A stretch of DNA of 64,000 nucleotides from Macrostomum lignano (lineage: Eukaryota): assembly GCA_002269645.1 (NCBI GenBank), contig NIVC01001814.1:62001-126000 (forward strand). Reading direction: 5' to 3'. Below are positions 48,701-61,800 of this stretch, piece after piece. The translations under genes and the position numbers were made by a program. Each line of letters begins with the position of its first letter. Positions within the stretch are counted from its first letter, which is position 1. Under the pieces are notes generated by a model. That model saw only the letters and a list, made by a program, of their open reading frames with translations. It made no database searches and was not told the origin of the DNA.

Positions 48701-49890
48701 GGCAGACGCCGCCGGGACAAGTCGGTTACCAAGGTAAGAATTTCTATTTTTTAGAATAATATTATAATGATGCATCGTTTCTGGCTTCCGTCTGATGTTT
48801 AAAACAAATATTTTGACGGAGTTTTTATATTCTTATTCCCTTACGAGAGGCTGAAAGATACTTCATCTATCCGGTGGGTTGCCAGGGGCGGGGCCCGCTG
48901 GGAACAGAAGTTTCAGGCCAGACTCTCGCATGGCTTTCGTCAATTGCGCCCCTGGGATTTGCACGGGCTGGGGGATATTCAGGCTCGTAGGCACCGCAGA
49001 TGCGATGACACAGGCCCGGCCCATTGTTTTCATTGCCAAAACAATTCGCGGGACTAAAAGCTGTTGCCGGGTCTAAACTGCTGCGTTTAACAAGTCAGCG
49101 GGATCGGCACTCGACTTTATTATGAGTTAAGCGAAGCATAACATAAACACAGGCTGCATATAAAAGGGAAATCAACATTTTCATTCACCAATATTTCCTA
49201 TCGACAATTATAAAACAGTATTATCAAGCATATTGCGCAGCTCTTCATCTAGAGTAAAAAGCAGTCAGTTTTCGATGCTCGGGGGCACGGACGGACGGCC
49301 TTGGGCCAGAATCCGGAAGGCTGACTACGGCCCTTATTTTCAGACACTGCAGGCTATAGCATTTTGTTCAGTTTACACAACAAGGTCCCTGGTTCGATTC
49401 GCCACATTCATGAGGGGGGGGGTTGATCGTAGCATTCGCAGCCATGAGGAACAACCCCCAAGGCACAGATAGTGTACATGTCTGATGGTTAGAAAGTCAG
49501 GGCTGCTGTACACCCTGTGTGAGCGTGTGTACGAGTGCGCGCCCGCGTATGGGACGGTGTCGCTGAAGGCGTTGCTATACTTTATGGGAAGAGTGAAAAT
49601 TTCTTTCCAAAGCAGTCCCACTCCCAAAGCAGTGTTGAGATTTTCGCGGCCCAATTGCCGCCCAGGTCCGGACCTGGCACAACAGTTTTACCGGGTTTTT
49701 TTCAATATGATGCGCCAGAGAGAGAGAAAAGTCACAAATTCTCGCCACAGAAGATGATGGAGTCTGCCGGTATCATAGCAGCAATTACAATCTGATATTG
49801 GTGCCGTGTCTGCAGACCCAGTTCTTGGCTGCTTCTTTTCTTGTGTCTCTGACTGAGACTTCGCCACAATTTTTGTTCTACTCTTTGTGA
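40914..49890 (+). CDS. EFN: Ephrin ligand, 250 aa; exons 40914..41053, 44626..44728, 44909..45068, 45220..45315, 48620..48733, 49751..49890
   Basis: Signal peptide, then DRIVYWNATSS|V, NDRLVIVCP, EFYKIYW, KC..FLLEC, TDFSPIP, GGACQQKHMRLMV: the four ephrin Cys and the FSP motif. All junctions are canonical and in phase (753 nt). The first four exons are solid; the last two are inferred. Confidence 0.85.
47760..48605. repeat. 24-bp minisatellite in an ephrin intron
   Basis: Unit CACAGCCTCATCTTCATTCTGAT(C/T); about 35 units. Confidence 0.97.
49383..49580 (+). mobile_element. tRNA-derived SINE, copy 3 (5'-truncated, internally deleted; in the last ephrin intron)
   Basis: GGTTCGATTC B-box, CAAGGCACAGA, GTGTACA..GAAAGTCAGGG..CTGTACACCCTGTGTGAGCGTGTG, and a GAAGGCGTTGC tail shared with copy 1. 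Confidence 0.72.
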
Positions 49891-51291
49891 GGCTCCTTTT
49901 GGCGGGAACCAGAAATTGGAGAGAACAATTAACCTCTGCTGCTGGCGCTGCTGTTGTACACTTTTATAATGGGCTTTTATCCACTGACCCTAAGGGCCTT
50001 TGTTTTAGCAGGCCATGACGTGTCCTTACCGTGGGATATTTGCCACGCGCTTACTCTAGAAACTTGGGAGAGGCCCAACAGAATTCCCAGGATTCGCCAG
50101 AGAGCCTGAAATTGATCCCGCGGAACCTTATCTTTTGGGAGACATTCAATTAGCAACTACACGACTTCCTTGACAACCGAAGCAAATGGGGAGATTCCTG
50201 TACAATTCCTCGCTTTCTGCATGGGGCCGAAAAGCAAACGATAAAATTGCCTCGATTTACGAGGGGCTTCGCGCCAAGACTGAGGGTCTGACACAACCCC
50301 CAACCCCGGTGATGAATTGCCCGAAGGTACAACAGCAACAGGGCAACAGGAAGTGAGAAAATTCAGAAGCCATTGGGAAGTCAGTAAGTCAATCTTGGTT
50401 TCTGTTGCAGCACAAGGCCTCTTGCGCTCCTAGCCTGATAGAACAGGCTGGCGAGTGCCCTGCGATCTAAAGTGTATTTCATTTTCTGTCCTGTTCACCA
50501 AAATCTGCTGATTGATAGCAGAGATCCGTGATTATTCTAGCTCTCTGTGCGATGTGGATCCTGCGGATACTAACAATAGGTCTGCGAATGGGTAGACTAG
50601 ACTGAATTCATTCTGCGTTTTTTTGTTTCACGTGAGCATTTCTATTCCACTGAGTGGACTTCGAACAGTCCGGTCCGGTCCAGATACTATTTATATAGAC
50701 GTCTTTGATTAGCGTCCGAGCATTGGTTTACTGAGAATGCTTTTAACTGAAGGAATTTTTTTTATAGATTTACATCGTCTCTCTTTGTGTAGAATGGAAT
50801 TACAAAGTCGCCAGCATCTTGAAAAATGTCTTTACCTTTGCGGAGGAATCGCAGGGATGATGTCGGATGCTGTGTTTCAAATTTCAGCTGCCCGAACGAT
50901 AGGGGCAAGAACTGCGGAAAGCACAGAGCCTGCGAGATGAGGGCCTTGTAGAAAAAATTTAAAAGCGACTGATTTAGAAGTCTTAAAATATATCAATTTT
51001 GAGGCAGCTCATTTTCCTGCCTCTGCTGATTCCTCAGTGACTCACTCCATGCTGTTGCGTCACTCGCCTCATCAACCGACTGAGCGGCTTCCCCGCAGCT
51101 ATCCACTTTGCCGACTTAATCTTCTCCCCCGTATCCACTGCTGTAGGCGGAGAAGCTTAATCCCCGTGCGTCAAAGCAGATTCACCTGCAGATTAGTTGC
51201 TGCCGAATTTCCACCTGTAATGGCATTCGCAGTGGACAGTCCGTGTGTCAGTCAGCTGTCAAGTTTTGTTGCACTGGAGTGACTGCTTTAT

Positions 51292-51331
51292 CAGTTTAGT
51301 TAGTTAGTTAGTTAGTTAATTAGTAAGTTAA

Positions 51332-51368
<37 letters not shown>

Positions 51369-51462
51369 CAGTTAGCTAGATAGTTACTTAGTCAGTTAGC
51401 TAGATAGTTACTTAAGTCAGTTAGCTAGATAGTTACTTAGTCAGTTAGTTAGTCAGTAAGTT
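51292..51462. repeat. (TAGT)n microsatellite
   Basis: Direct reading. Confidence 0.9.
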
Positions 51463-52599
51463 AGCAAAATCAGACCCAGAGATTTCTGTCACGAGTCGGA
51501 CGCGTTACCGCTCAGCTGCTCAGCTGCTCAGCCCCACGACTTTATTTAACCATGACAGCAAGTTTCGAGCAGTCTTTAGTGACCAGGCCAACTTTAGTGT
51601 GCGAGCCGTGCGGTCCGAACTCGAAATGTCGCAATGCAAACAGACCAAGGGTCTTAAGATTGTAGCGAATAGCCAGTGCTTTGGGGCCGCGGGGTGACAG
51701 AGCCGCGGGCGAGAAGGAACTGCAAACAAAGAAAATTAGCCCCGAAGCCAGCTAATCTTCAGCGAACACGAACAGTTTTCATTTTAAACACAAGTGTCTC
51801 GCAGAGTAAAATCTCGAGGCTTGGACAAACAGCAGTGCCGGTTTCTGTCTTGGCATCGAGCAGTTGGCGCAAAAACTTATTGAATTCGAAAAATTTACAA
51901 TTCCAAGCACAGACTTGCATGCTGGCACGTTTTCTATTAGAGAGGATCGTTCTACTTTCCTAATTTATCAAGCAGTGGAGATTAGAACTGCATGTCTCGC
52001 TATGAATCGATCGGTGCAATTCGTTTCGAAGAAACTGAGCCAATCCAATCCAATAACTAAGCTAATTTCTGTCTATACTTTCTCCTTGGAGAGTGCATTT
52101 ATCTGCAAAGCATTTGTCAGCCAGCCACATGTCAATCAGTCAGTCTGCTACCTCGGTTCGCTCACTTTACCTATCTACGCTAACGCCAAGATCTGCGGCT
52201 ATTCTAGTATTGGCAGAAACAAATTTCCTGGGACTCTTGTCACGCACTCAGGTGGAGGGAGGGGCAGTCAGATACAATTTGACTGCTACCGGAGTGTGTC
52301 AGAGACAGAAGAACAGGAGACAACTGCAGCGCCCTCACCTCCTCTGCACGCAGCTCCTCAGTCGGAGACAGCAGCGGAACTCATTGTTGCGGCATGGTAC
52401 CTGCCCCCCCCCTGTCCTACAAAAAGTGTAAGCGTTTTAGAGTAAGCATATATGAGACGCCTTGCGTGTCAGAGACTCTAAGAGACTTCGATGCGAGGAG
52501 AAACGGCTCCTTTATATCCAATTGTGAGCGCGCGTCTACCGGTAGGTCCGTCTGTCTCGCGGCGCTAAACTCTGCCCCGCCTTCATTACACGCGGCCTT

Positions 52600-52635
52600 C
52601 CCCAACCCCAACCCCAACCCCAACCCCAACCCCAA
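52600..52635. repeat. (CCCCAA)6 microsatellite
   Basis: Six perfect units. Confidence 0.95.
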
Positions 52636-54229
52636 CCCTGTCCGCCTGAGCCGAAGCTGTGGCGCCAGCCAGTCGCATTGAGGCTGCCGCAGCCGCCGCC
52701 GCCGCCGCTGCTGCCGCCACGGCTGCGCTCTGTGCCAACTGGCAGCAGAGAGGAGGGCTAGCCGGAGAGCAGAAAAAACATGTCAGACTTGCGCTGCTGC
52801 AGACAGACGCAAGGGGTGCGCGCCTGTCAGCTGCACTGCATGCTGCAATTTTCAATTGTCAATCGCGGGGCTGTCAGAGCCGTGAGCTCATCCTTCTTAG
52901 TCTGGGAGGTGGCGGGTTGCCCAGGAAAACACTTGCCTGTCGTGTCTCCGGGGCTGACAATGAGCCTCATTATTATTGAGCACCCACTCGATCACTTTAC
53001 ATTAATGTTCTCATTTCTCTATTATTATAAACCGGCCACTCACTTTCCTGTGCGCGTGCGGTGAGTCAGCGGATCAACTCTCAGTAGGATCAGTGCACGC
53101 GCCTATACTTACTTGACTTGACGCTTCTTTTCAATTAGCTGCATGTACATCTGGTATTTTTTTAAACCTACCTCTGGGATCTAGCGTCTAGGATTCAATC
53201 TCAGCATTGTAAATAATCTCATTGTCAGTGAGACATCGGCAGCTTACCGACGTTTCTATGATCTTGTCTCCCCTGTCTGCCTAGGGGAATCGATTAAGAA
53301 ATTCTCGGGCTCAGTTACCACCCGCCGTCTAATGAATTAGATATGCAATGGAGAAGGCAGTGCAGTGTGAGGTGTATAGCTGGATTTTATGTGAGCTGCA
53401 TACGGCTTCCTCTGTCTCCATGTGTCTGACACTTTACGCCGCACTGTAGCCAGTTTTTTTCGGATAGAAACGGATCAACAGAAAAATCCTTGTCAAAAAC
53501 TTTTTTAAAACGTTTTATTCGATACTTTTTAGTTGGTGAAATTTCAAATGCCTCTACGTTGTAAAATTTCTAGTTAAGATTAGTATTGGCGGACTAGCCA
53601 TCTGCCCCCCCCCCCGAAGGGGCGTGGCGTGGCGTCTCTAATGCATGACCGTCTGAGGCAGTTCTGCTTAATGACCCCGATCAGTTCGATCTAACAGAAA
53701 CTTCAAAGCGAAAGTTTAATAAATTCCCAAGTAATCTAGGAAGCATAATTAATCAATTTGAAAAAAGCCATGCGGCGATAGGGCAAACTAAGATGAGAAG
53801 TTAACGGGTAAAAGAGTATTGAAGAAAAAGCAGAAGATGAAGCGCTTCCTTGCAAGAAAAAGGCCTCAATTACGGCGCGCCTCCTTCGCTCTAGCAAAAT
53901 CTCAGGTCCCCCCCGTCACTACGGGAGTTCCCACTTCCCTTATCGCAACTCCCAGCGCATGATTCACACAGTTGGGCCACCCTTTTTTCGCTTCCTTCTT
54001 TCATCATTTTCCAAGTTTTTTCAGTCCGGCTCCTTGTAATTTTCTGCTGAAGCAGCCCGGAAGTTGGGCCTGCGTGTTTGAAAATTTGTTTCGTCTTTTT
54101 TACAACAGAGAAAAAAAACCTCAAACCACAACTGAAAAAGATTAAAGAACTGACACGGGTAGTGGTACGACCCTCTCTCATCGTACAAGCCTTCTGATCA
54201 TGAGGCTAAACTTTTTGATTGCGATGCTA

Positions 54230-56108
54230 TATGATCCCGATACTCTATGATCCCGATACTCCATGATCCCGATACTCTATGATCCCGATACTCCATGATC
54301 CCGATACTCTATGATCCCGATACTCTATGATCCCGATACTCCATGATCCCGATACTCTATGATCCCGATACTCTATGATCCCGATACTCTATGATCCCGA
54401 TACTCCATGATCCCGATACCCTATGATCCCGATACTCCATGATCCCGATACTCCATGATCCCCATACTCCATGATCCCGACCCCATACTCCATGATCCCG
54501 ATACTCTATGATCCCGATACTCCATGATCCCGATACTCTATGATCCCGATACTCCATGATCCCGATACTCTATGATCCCGATACTCCATGATCCCGATAC
54601 TCTATGATCCCGATACTCCATGATCCCGATACTCTATGATCCCGATACTCCATGATCCCGATACTCCATAATCCCGATACTCTATGATCCCGATACTCTA
54701 TGATCCCGATACTCCATGATCCCGATACTCCATGATCCCGATACTCTATGATCCCGATACTCCATGATCCCGATACTCTATGATCCCGATACTCTATGAT
54801 CCCGATACTCTATGATCCCGATACTCCATGATCCCGATACTCTATGATCCCGATACTCCATGATCCCCATACTCCATGATCCCGACCCCATACTCCATGA
54901 TCCCGATACTCTATGATCCCGATACTCTATGATCCCGATACTCTATGATCCCGATACTCTATGATCCCGATACTCCATGATCCCGATACTCTATGATCCC
55001 GATACTCTATGATCCCGATACTCTATGATCCCGATACTCCATGATCCCGATACCCTATGATCCCGATACTCCATGATCCCGATACTCCATGATCCCGACC
55101 CCATACTCCATGATCCCGATACTCTATGATCCCGATACTCTATGATCCCGATACCCTATGATCCCGATACTCCATGATCCCGATACTCTATGATCCCGAT
55201 ACTCTTTGATCCCGATACTCCATGATCCCGATACTCTATGATCCCGATACTCTATGATCCCGATACTCCATGATCCCGATACTCCATGATCCCGATACTC
55301 CATGATCCCGATACTCCATGATCCCGATACTCCATGATCCCGATACTCCATGATCCCGATACTCCATGATCCCGATACTCCATGATCCCGATACTCTATG
55401 ATCCCGATACTCCATGATCCCGATACTCCATGATCCCGATACTCTATGATCCCGATACTCCATGATCCCGATACTCTATGATCCCGATACTCTATGATCC
55501 CGATACTCCATGATCCCGATACTCTATGATCCCGATACTCTATGATCCCGATACTCTATGATCCCGATACTCCATGATCCCGATACCCTATGATCCCGAT
55601 ACTCCATGATCCCGATACTCCATGATCCCGACCCCATACTCCATGATCCCGATACTCTATGATCCCGATACTCTATGATCCCGATACCCTATGATCCCGA
55701 TACTCCATGATCCCGATACTCTATGATCCCGATACTCTTTGATCCCGATACTCCATGATCCCGATACTCTATGATCCCGATACTCTATGATCCCGATACT
55801 CCATGATCCCGATACTCCATGATCCCGATACTCCATGATCCCGATACTCCATGATCCCGATACTCCATGATCCCGATACTCCATGATCCCGATACTCTAT
55901 GATCCCGATACTCCATGATCCCGATACTCTATGATCCCGATACTCTATGATCCCGATACTCTATGATCCCGATACTCCATGATCCCGATACTCCATGATC
56001 CCGATACTCCATGATCCCGATACTCTATGATCCCGATACTCCATGATCCCGATACTCCATGATCCCGATACTCTATGATCCCGATACTCTATGATCCCGA
56101 TACTCCAT
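54230..56108. repeat. 16-bp minisatellite
   Basis: Unit C(C/T)ATGATCCCGATACT; about 117 units. Confidence 0.98.
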
Positions 56109-57526
56109 GTTCCTCTGGAAATATTTTTGCAAACAACTTAAGTTCTACCTTCAAAGCAAGTCTAAAGGCATATCTGCCATTCACTTTAACATTTAGAGAG
56201 GCAGCTTGAATCGAATGGAACCAGATCTTGCAAGCGATTCAATGAGATAGAACTCCCGGTTAATCAGATCTTCCCATCCAGCTTCTCCGCCATTTCTTAG
56301 AAAATCGATTCGCCATCTCGTCTCGCGTGCAAGCGTCGGGTTTTCGCCGGCTGTTTTTGTTGTGTTTTGTTCTCCAATCTCTCGCTGCCCCCCCCCCGCT
56401 ATCAATCAGGAGCTGACTGAGCGCTGGAATTAATGTGCTGTGGAGAGAACTGATGGCGCTGGGGCTTGGCGCCTTAATTAACAAACCAATGCTTCTGATC
56501 ACGCGATGAAGGAAGGAAGCTGCGAGGTGGGAGATCCCTTTGATATCCGGCAGTCAGTTGCGTGACCAATCTGCATTGAGTTGCGGAATTCGTCCCCAGA
56601 ATCCTGTACTCCTCATCATCATCATCCCAAAGCTGTCAAACTTACATGCATACTAAAGTGGCTGCAATCATCGATAACAAATTGATATCAGCTATTGTTT
56701 TACAATATTTGAGTCTAATTAACAGGGCTACTCATTTTAGTTGCCATGCTGGGATTTTCCTCTGTCTCTACGAGTCGCCTCTCGCTCTCGGTTAGAAATA
56801 TCGGCAAAATCAGACTAGCTTGTAATTATAAATAGGCAAGAGCCTCAATAATTGCCAGTTACTTTTTAGATTATTTTTTAAATGCCTCTCTCCCCTGTTT
56901 GCCGACAAGAAGATGGGCAGAAAAAGCGAATAACAAAGAGAGCCCTTTGTCTGGGCATTGATAAAGAGAAAAATTTGAAACAAGGCGGAAATTGGATGGG
57001 GCGGCGGCGACGGCGGCTTGAAGTGGCCCGCATCCACCCGCCCCTAACAACGCTCTGGCCTGGCGATTCAAGCCAAGGACTCCTCATTAGTAGTCGCTAG
57101 GAACCAAGGAGTATGGAACTGACACCCCCCTAACTCAACTCAGTGCCACTACGACCCCCTGGTTCAGTTCCGTGCTGTTACAGTGGTCCCCTGGCCAGGA
57201 GGGAGCGGAGCAGCAGGCCACGGCACAACCATAATTAGAAGGCGCGGTGCACCCGGGCTCAGCGCGAAATTTGAGTTGCGTGTTTTCGCGAAAGCTCTTC
57301 TTCACGGGCCGCTTCAAAACCTCCCTCCCTACCTCAGCTGATATCCTCTCTCTGTGGTTGAGGCTGGACAAAGGGAGATGATGAAGATGGGCAACAGGAG
57401 AAGGCGGCGCTCATAAAAAGGGAGATGTTTGTAACTGAGGGCAGGCGGTGAAAGTCGGGTGGAATCAAGGAGGTGTCAAAATGATTTTTTCAACGGCAAT
57501 GCAGCGGATCGCTTTTTAAAGCTCGA

Positions 57527-57745
57527 ACTTCACAAATATGAAAATTCACAAATTCGAAACTTCACAAATTCGAAACTTCACAAATACGAAACTTCACAGA
57601 ATTGAAACTTCACAAATTCGAAACTTCACAAATTCGAAACTTCACAAATTCGAAACTTCACAAATTCGAAACCTCACAAATTCGAAGCTTCACAGAATTG
57701 AAACTTCACAGAATTGAAACTTCACAAATTCGAAACTTCATAGAA
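57527..57745. repeat. 16-bp minisatellite
   Basis: Unit AAATTCGAAACTTCAC. Confidence 0.92.
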
Positions 57746-58424
57746 TCGAATCTTTCGAAAAATCGAGAATTTCAATCCTGTCAAGCGCCCTTAATAACAA
57801 GCGCCTTCATCCCGGCTGATTAGGAAGATTGGACAGCTGACTGCCTGTTTGAAAATTTCATTGGGGGAAGGAGGATAGTCTACTCGTAGCTCTAGCGGCT
57901 GACCATGGAAATTCAATAGCCCCTTCCAAACCGCGTCTATCACAAAAATTTCAGCGGCAAGGGAAATGTGGGCCATGTGGGTGCAGGGTTGCAGCCTCCC
58001 GGCATTTCTACTGCAGAAATTGACAATAGGAAAAGTTTCGGGGGCACTTGAAGGGAAGGGCACTGGTGACCCGCCCTCATCCCGGCATTTTGCCTTCAAT
58101 TTATAAACTATTGTTGATGATTGTCTCGGGGAAGTTAGAATGATTAATTATTAATATTATGAAGCCGCTGCGGCCGTATGACAGCATTAAATATGTAGCT
58201 TTCTAATAAATTCTTCTGCTATAATTGATTTATGCCGGGCCAATTCATTTCCGTTCATATCAGAATGCATAGTCAGGCCTGTTTGTATGCTGTGGGGCGT
58301 ATTGCGTAATCACTGATCTAATGGGATCCTTACCGAGCTGGGTTGCACCTGAGAAATGCGTATTTTGTAATTGGATTGGGTCCGGGGCGTCTCAGGTCAC
58401 ACCTCTTCCACTGCAGTCTTGGAG

Positions 58425-61400
58425 AGTTCTCCCCGATTCTATCTTGGTCATTCTCCTCCGATTCTATCTTGGTCATTCTCCTCCGGTTCTATCTTGGTCA
58501 TTCTCCTTCAATTCTATCTTGGTCATTCTCCTCCGGTTCTATCTTGGTCATTCTCCTCCGGTTCTATCTTGGTCATTCTCCTCCGGTTCTATCTTGGTCA
58601 TTCTCCTTCAATTCTATCTTGGTCATTCTCCTCCGATTCTATCTTGGTCATTCTCCTTCAATTCTATCTTGGTCATTCTCCTCCAATTCTATCTTGGTCA
58701 TTCTCCTCCGATTCTATCTTGGTCATTCTCCTCCGATTCTATCTTGGTCATTCTCCTCCGGTTCTATCTTGGTCATTCTCCTTCAATTCTATCTTGGTCA
58801 TTCTCCTCCAATTCTATCTTGGTCATTCTCCTCCGATTCTATCTTGGTCATTCTCCTCCGATTCTATCTTGGTCATTCTCCTCCGGTTCTATCTTGGTCA
58901 TTCTCCTTCAATTCTATCTTGGTCATTCTCCTCCGGTTCTATCTTGGTCATTCTCCTCCGGTTCTATCTTGGTCATTCTCCTCCGGTTCTATCTTGGTCA
59001 TTCTCCTTCAATTCTATCTTGGTCATTCTCCTCCGATTCTATCTTGGTCATTCTCCTTCAATTCTATCTTGGTCATTCTCCTCCAATTCTATCTTGGTCA
59101 TTCTCCTCCGATTCTATCTTGGTCATTCTCCTCCGATTCTATCTTGGTCATTCTCCTCCGGTTCTATCTTGGTCATTCTCCTCCGATTCTATCTTGGTCA
59201 TTCTCCTCCGGTTCTATCTTGGTCATTCTCCTCCGGTTCTATCTTGGTCATTCTCCTCCGGTTCTGTCTTGGTCATTCTCCTCCGATTCTATCTTGGTCA
59301 TTCTCCTCCGATTTTATCTTGGTCATTCTCCTCCGATTCTATCTTGGTCATTCTCCTCCGGTTCTATCTTGGTCATTCTCCTCCGATTCTATCTTGGTCA
59401 TTCTCCTCCGGTTCTATCTTGGTCATTCTCCTCCGATTCTATCTTGGTCATTCTCCTCCGGTTCTATCTTGGTCATTCTTCTCCGATTCTATCTTGGTCA
59501 TTCTCCTCCGATTCTATCTTGGTCATTCTCCTCCGATTCTATCTTGGTCATTCTCCTCCGGTTCTATCTTGATCATTCTCCTTCAATTCTATCTTGGTCA
59601 TTCTCCTTTCCGATTCTATCTTGGTCATTCTCCTCCGGTTCTATCTTGGTCATTCTCCTTCAATTCTATCTTGGTCATTCTCCTCCAATTCTATCTTGGT
59701 CATTCTCCTCCGATTCTATCTTGGTCATTCTCCTCCGATTCTATCTTGGTCATTCTCCTCCGGTTCTATCTTGGTCATTCTCCTTCAATTCTATCTTGGT
59801 CATTCTCCTCCGGTTCTATCTTGGTCATTCTCCTCCGGTTCTATCTTGGTCATTCTCCTCCGGTTCTATCTTGGTCATTCTCCTTCAATTCTATCTTGGT
59901 CATTCTCCTCCGGTTCTATCTTGGTCATTCTCCTTCAATTCTATCTTGGTCATTCTCCTTTCCGATTCTATCTTGGTCATTCTCCTCCGGTTCTATCTTG
60001 GTCATTCTCCTTCAATTCTATCTTGGTCATTCTCCTCCAATTCTATCTTGGTCATTCTCCTCCGATTCTATCTTGGTCATTCTCCTCCGATTCTATCTTG
60101 GTCATTCTCCTCCGGTTCTATCTTGGTCATTCTCCTTCAATTCTATCTTGGTCATTCTCCTCCGGTTCTATCTTGGTCATTCTCCTCCGGTTCTATCTTG
60201 GTCATTCTCCTCCGGTTCTATCTTGGTCATTCTCCTTCAATTCTATCTTGGTCATTCTCCTCCGATTCTATCTTGGTCATTCTCCTTCAATTCTATCTTG
60301 GTCATTCTCCTCCAATTCTATCTTGGTCATTCTCCTCCGATTCTATCTTGGTCATTCTCCTCCGATTCTATCTTGGTCATTCTCCTCCGGTTCTATCTTG
60401 GTCATTCTCCTCCGATTCTATCTTGGTCATTCTCCTCCGGTTCTATCTTGGTCATTCTCCTCCGGTTCTATCTTGGTCATTCTCCTCCGGTTCTGTCTTG
60501 GTCATTCTCCTCCGATTCTATCTTGGTCATTCTCCTCCGATTTATCTTGGTCATTCTCCTCCGATTCTATCTTGGTCATTCTCCTCCGGTTCTATCTTGG
60601 TCATTCTCCTCCGATTCTATCTTGGTCATTCTCCTCCGGTTCTATCTTGGTCATTCTCCTCCGATTCTATCTTGGTCATTCTCCTCCGGTTCTATCTTGG
60701 TCATTCTTCTCCGATTCTATCTTGGTCATTCTCCTCCGATTCTATCTTGGTCATTCTCCTCCGATTCTATCTTGGTCATTCTCCTCCGGTTCTATCTTGG
60801 TCATTCTCCTTCAATTCTATCTTGGTCATTCTCCTTTCCGATTCTATCTTGGTCATTCTCCTCCGGTTCTATCTTGGTCATTCTTCTTCAATTCTATCTT
60901 GGTCATTCTCCTCCAATTCTATCTTGGTCATTCTCCTCCGGTTCTATCTTGGTCATTCTCCTCCAATTCTATCTTGGTCATTCTCCTCCGGTTCTATCTT
61001 GGTCATTCTCCTCCAATTCTATCTTGGTCATTCTCCTCCGGTTCTATCTTGGTTATTCTCCTCCGGTTCTGTCTTGGTCATTCTCCTCCGGTTCTATCTT
61101 GGTCATTCTCCTCCGATTCTATCTTGGTCATTCTCCTCCAATTCTATCTTGGTCATTCTCCTCCGATTCTATCTTGGTCATTCTCCTTCAATTCTATCTT
61201 GGTCATTCTCCTCCGATTCTATCTTGGTCATTCTCCTCCGGTTCTATCTTGGTCATTCTCCTTCAATTCTATCTTGGTCATTCTCCTCCGGTTCTATCTT
61301 GGTCATTCTCCTCCGGTTCTATCTTGGTCATTCTCCTTCAATTCTATCTTGGTCATTCTCCTCCAATTCTATCTTGGTCATTCTCCTCCGGTTCTATCTT

Positions 61401-61570
61401 GGTCATTCTCCTCCAATTCTATCTTGGTCATTCTCCTCCAATTCTATCTTGGTCATTCTCCTCCAATTCTATCTTGGTCATTCTCCTCTCAGATTATATC
61501 TTGGTCATTCTCCTCCGGTTCTGTCTTGGTCATTCTCCTCCGGATCTATCTTGGTCATTCTCCATTCAAT
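58425..61570. repeat. 25-bp pyrimidine-rich minisatellite
   Basis: Unit (A/G)TTCTATCTTGGTCATTCTCCTCCG; period 25; about 125 units. Confidence 0.98.
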
Positions 61571-61583
61571 TCCATCCATCTAC

Positions 61584-61800
61584 TCCAAACTCCCCGCTCC
61601 ATCCACAGACTTGGCCAAGCAGGACTCAAAGAAGCTGCGCCTCATCACAGGCTCGCCGCTCGGAGCCGTCCCGAGCCTCCGACTGGTCGCAGCAGCCGCC
61701 GCCGTCGCTGCCACCGTGGTTCTGCTTCTAGCGTCGAATTCTGTCCAGTAGGTGTCCATGGAGATGTCGCTTTGCTTTATCTTAACTGTACCTGGCGTAC
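61584..61800 (-). CDS. Probable coding exon, possibly the N-terminus of an ARHGAP18/28-like RhoGAP
   Basis: CTGACTAAT branch and TTGCCAG acceptor, then a GC-rich open frame. SDISMDTYWTEF resembles the ARHGAP18 N-terminal SMEDYWIEL. The motif is short and I found no GAP-domain exons. Confidence 0.3.

Noticed and set aside
47717-48775. 352-aa acidic NEDEAVDQ protein on the minus strand
   Set aside because: It is the antisense reading of the 24-bp array. The supported splice signals are on the plus strand.
57527-57745. Heat-shock element array
   Set aside because: GAA-AC-TTC fits two nGAAn units, but the adjacent TTCGAA has the wrong spacing for a third.
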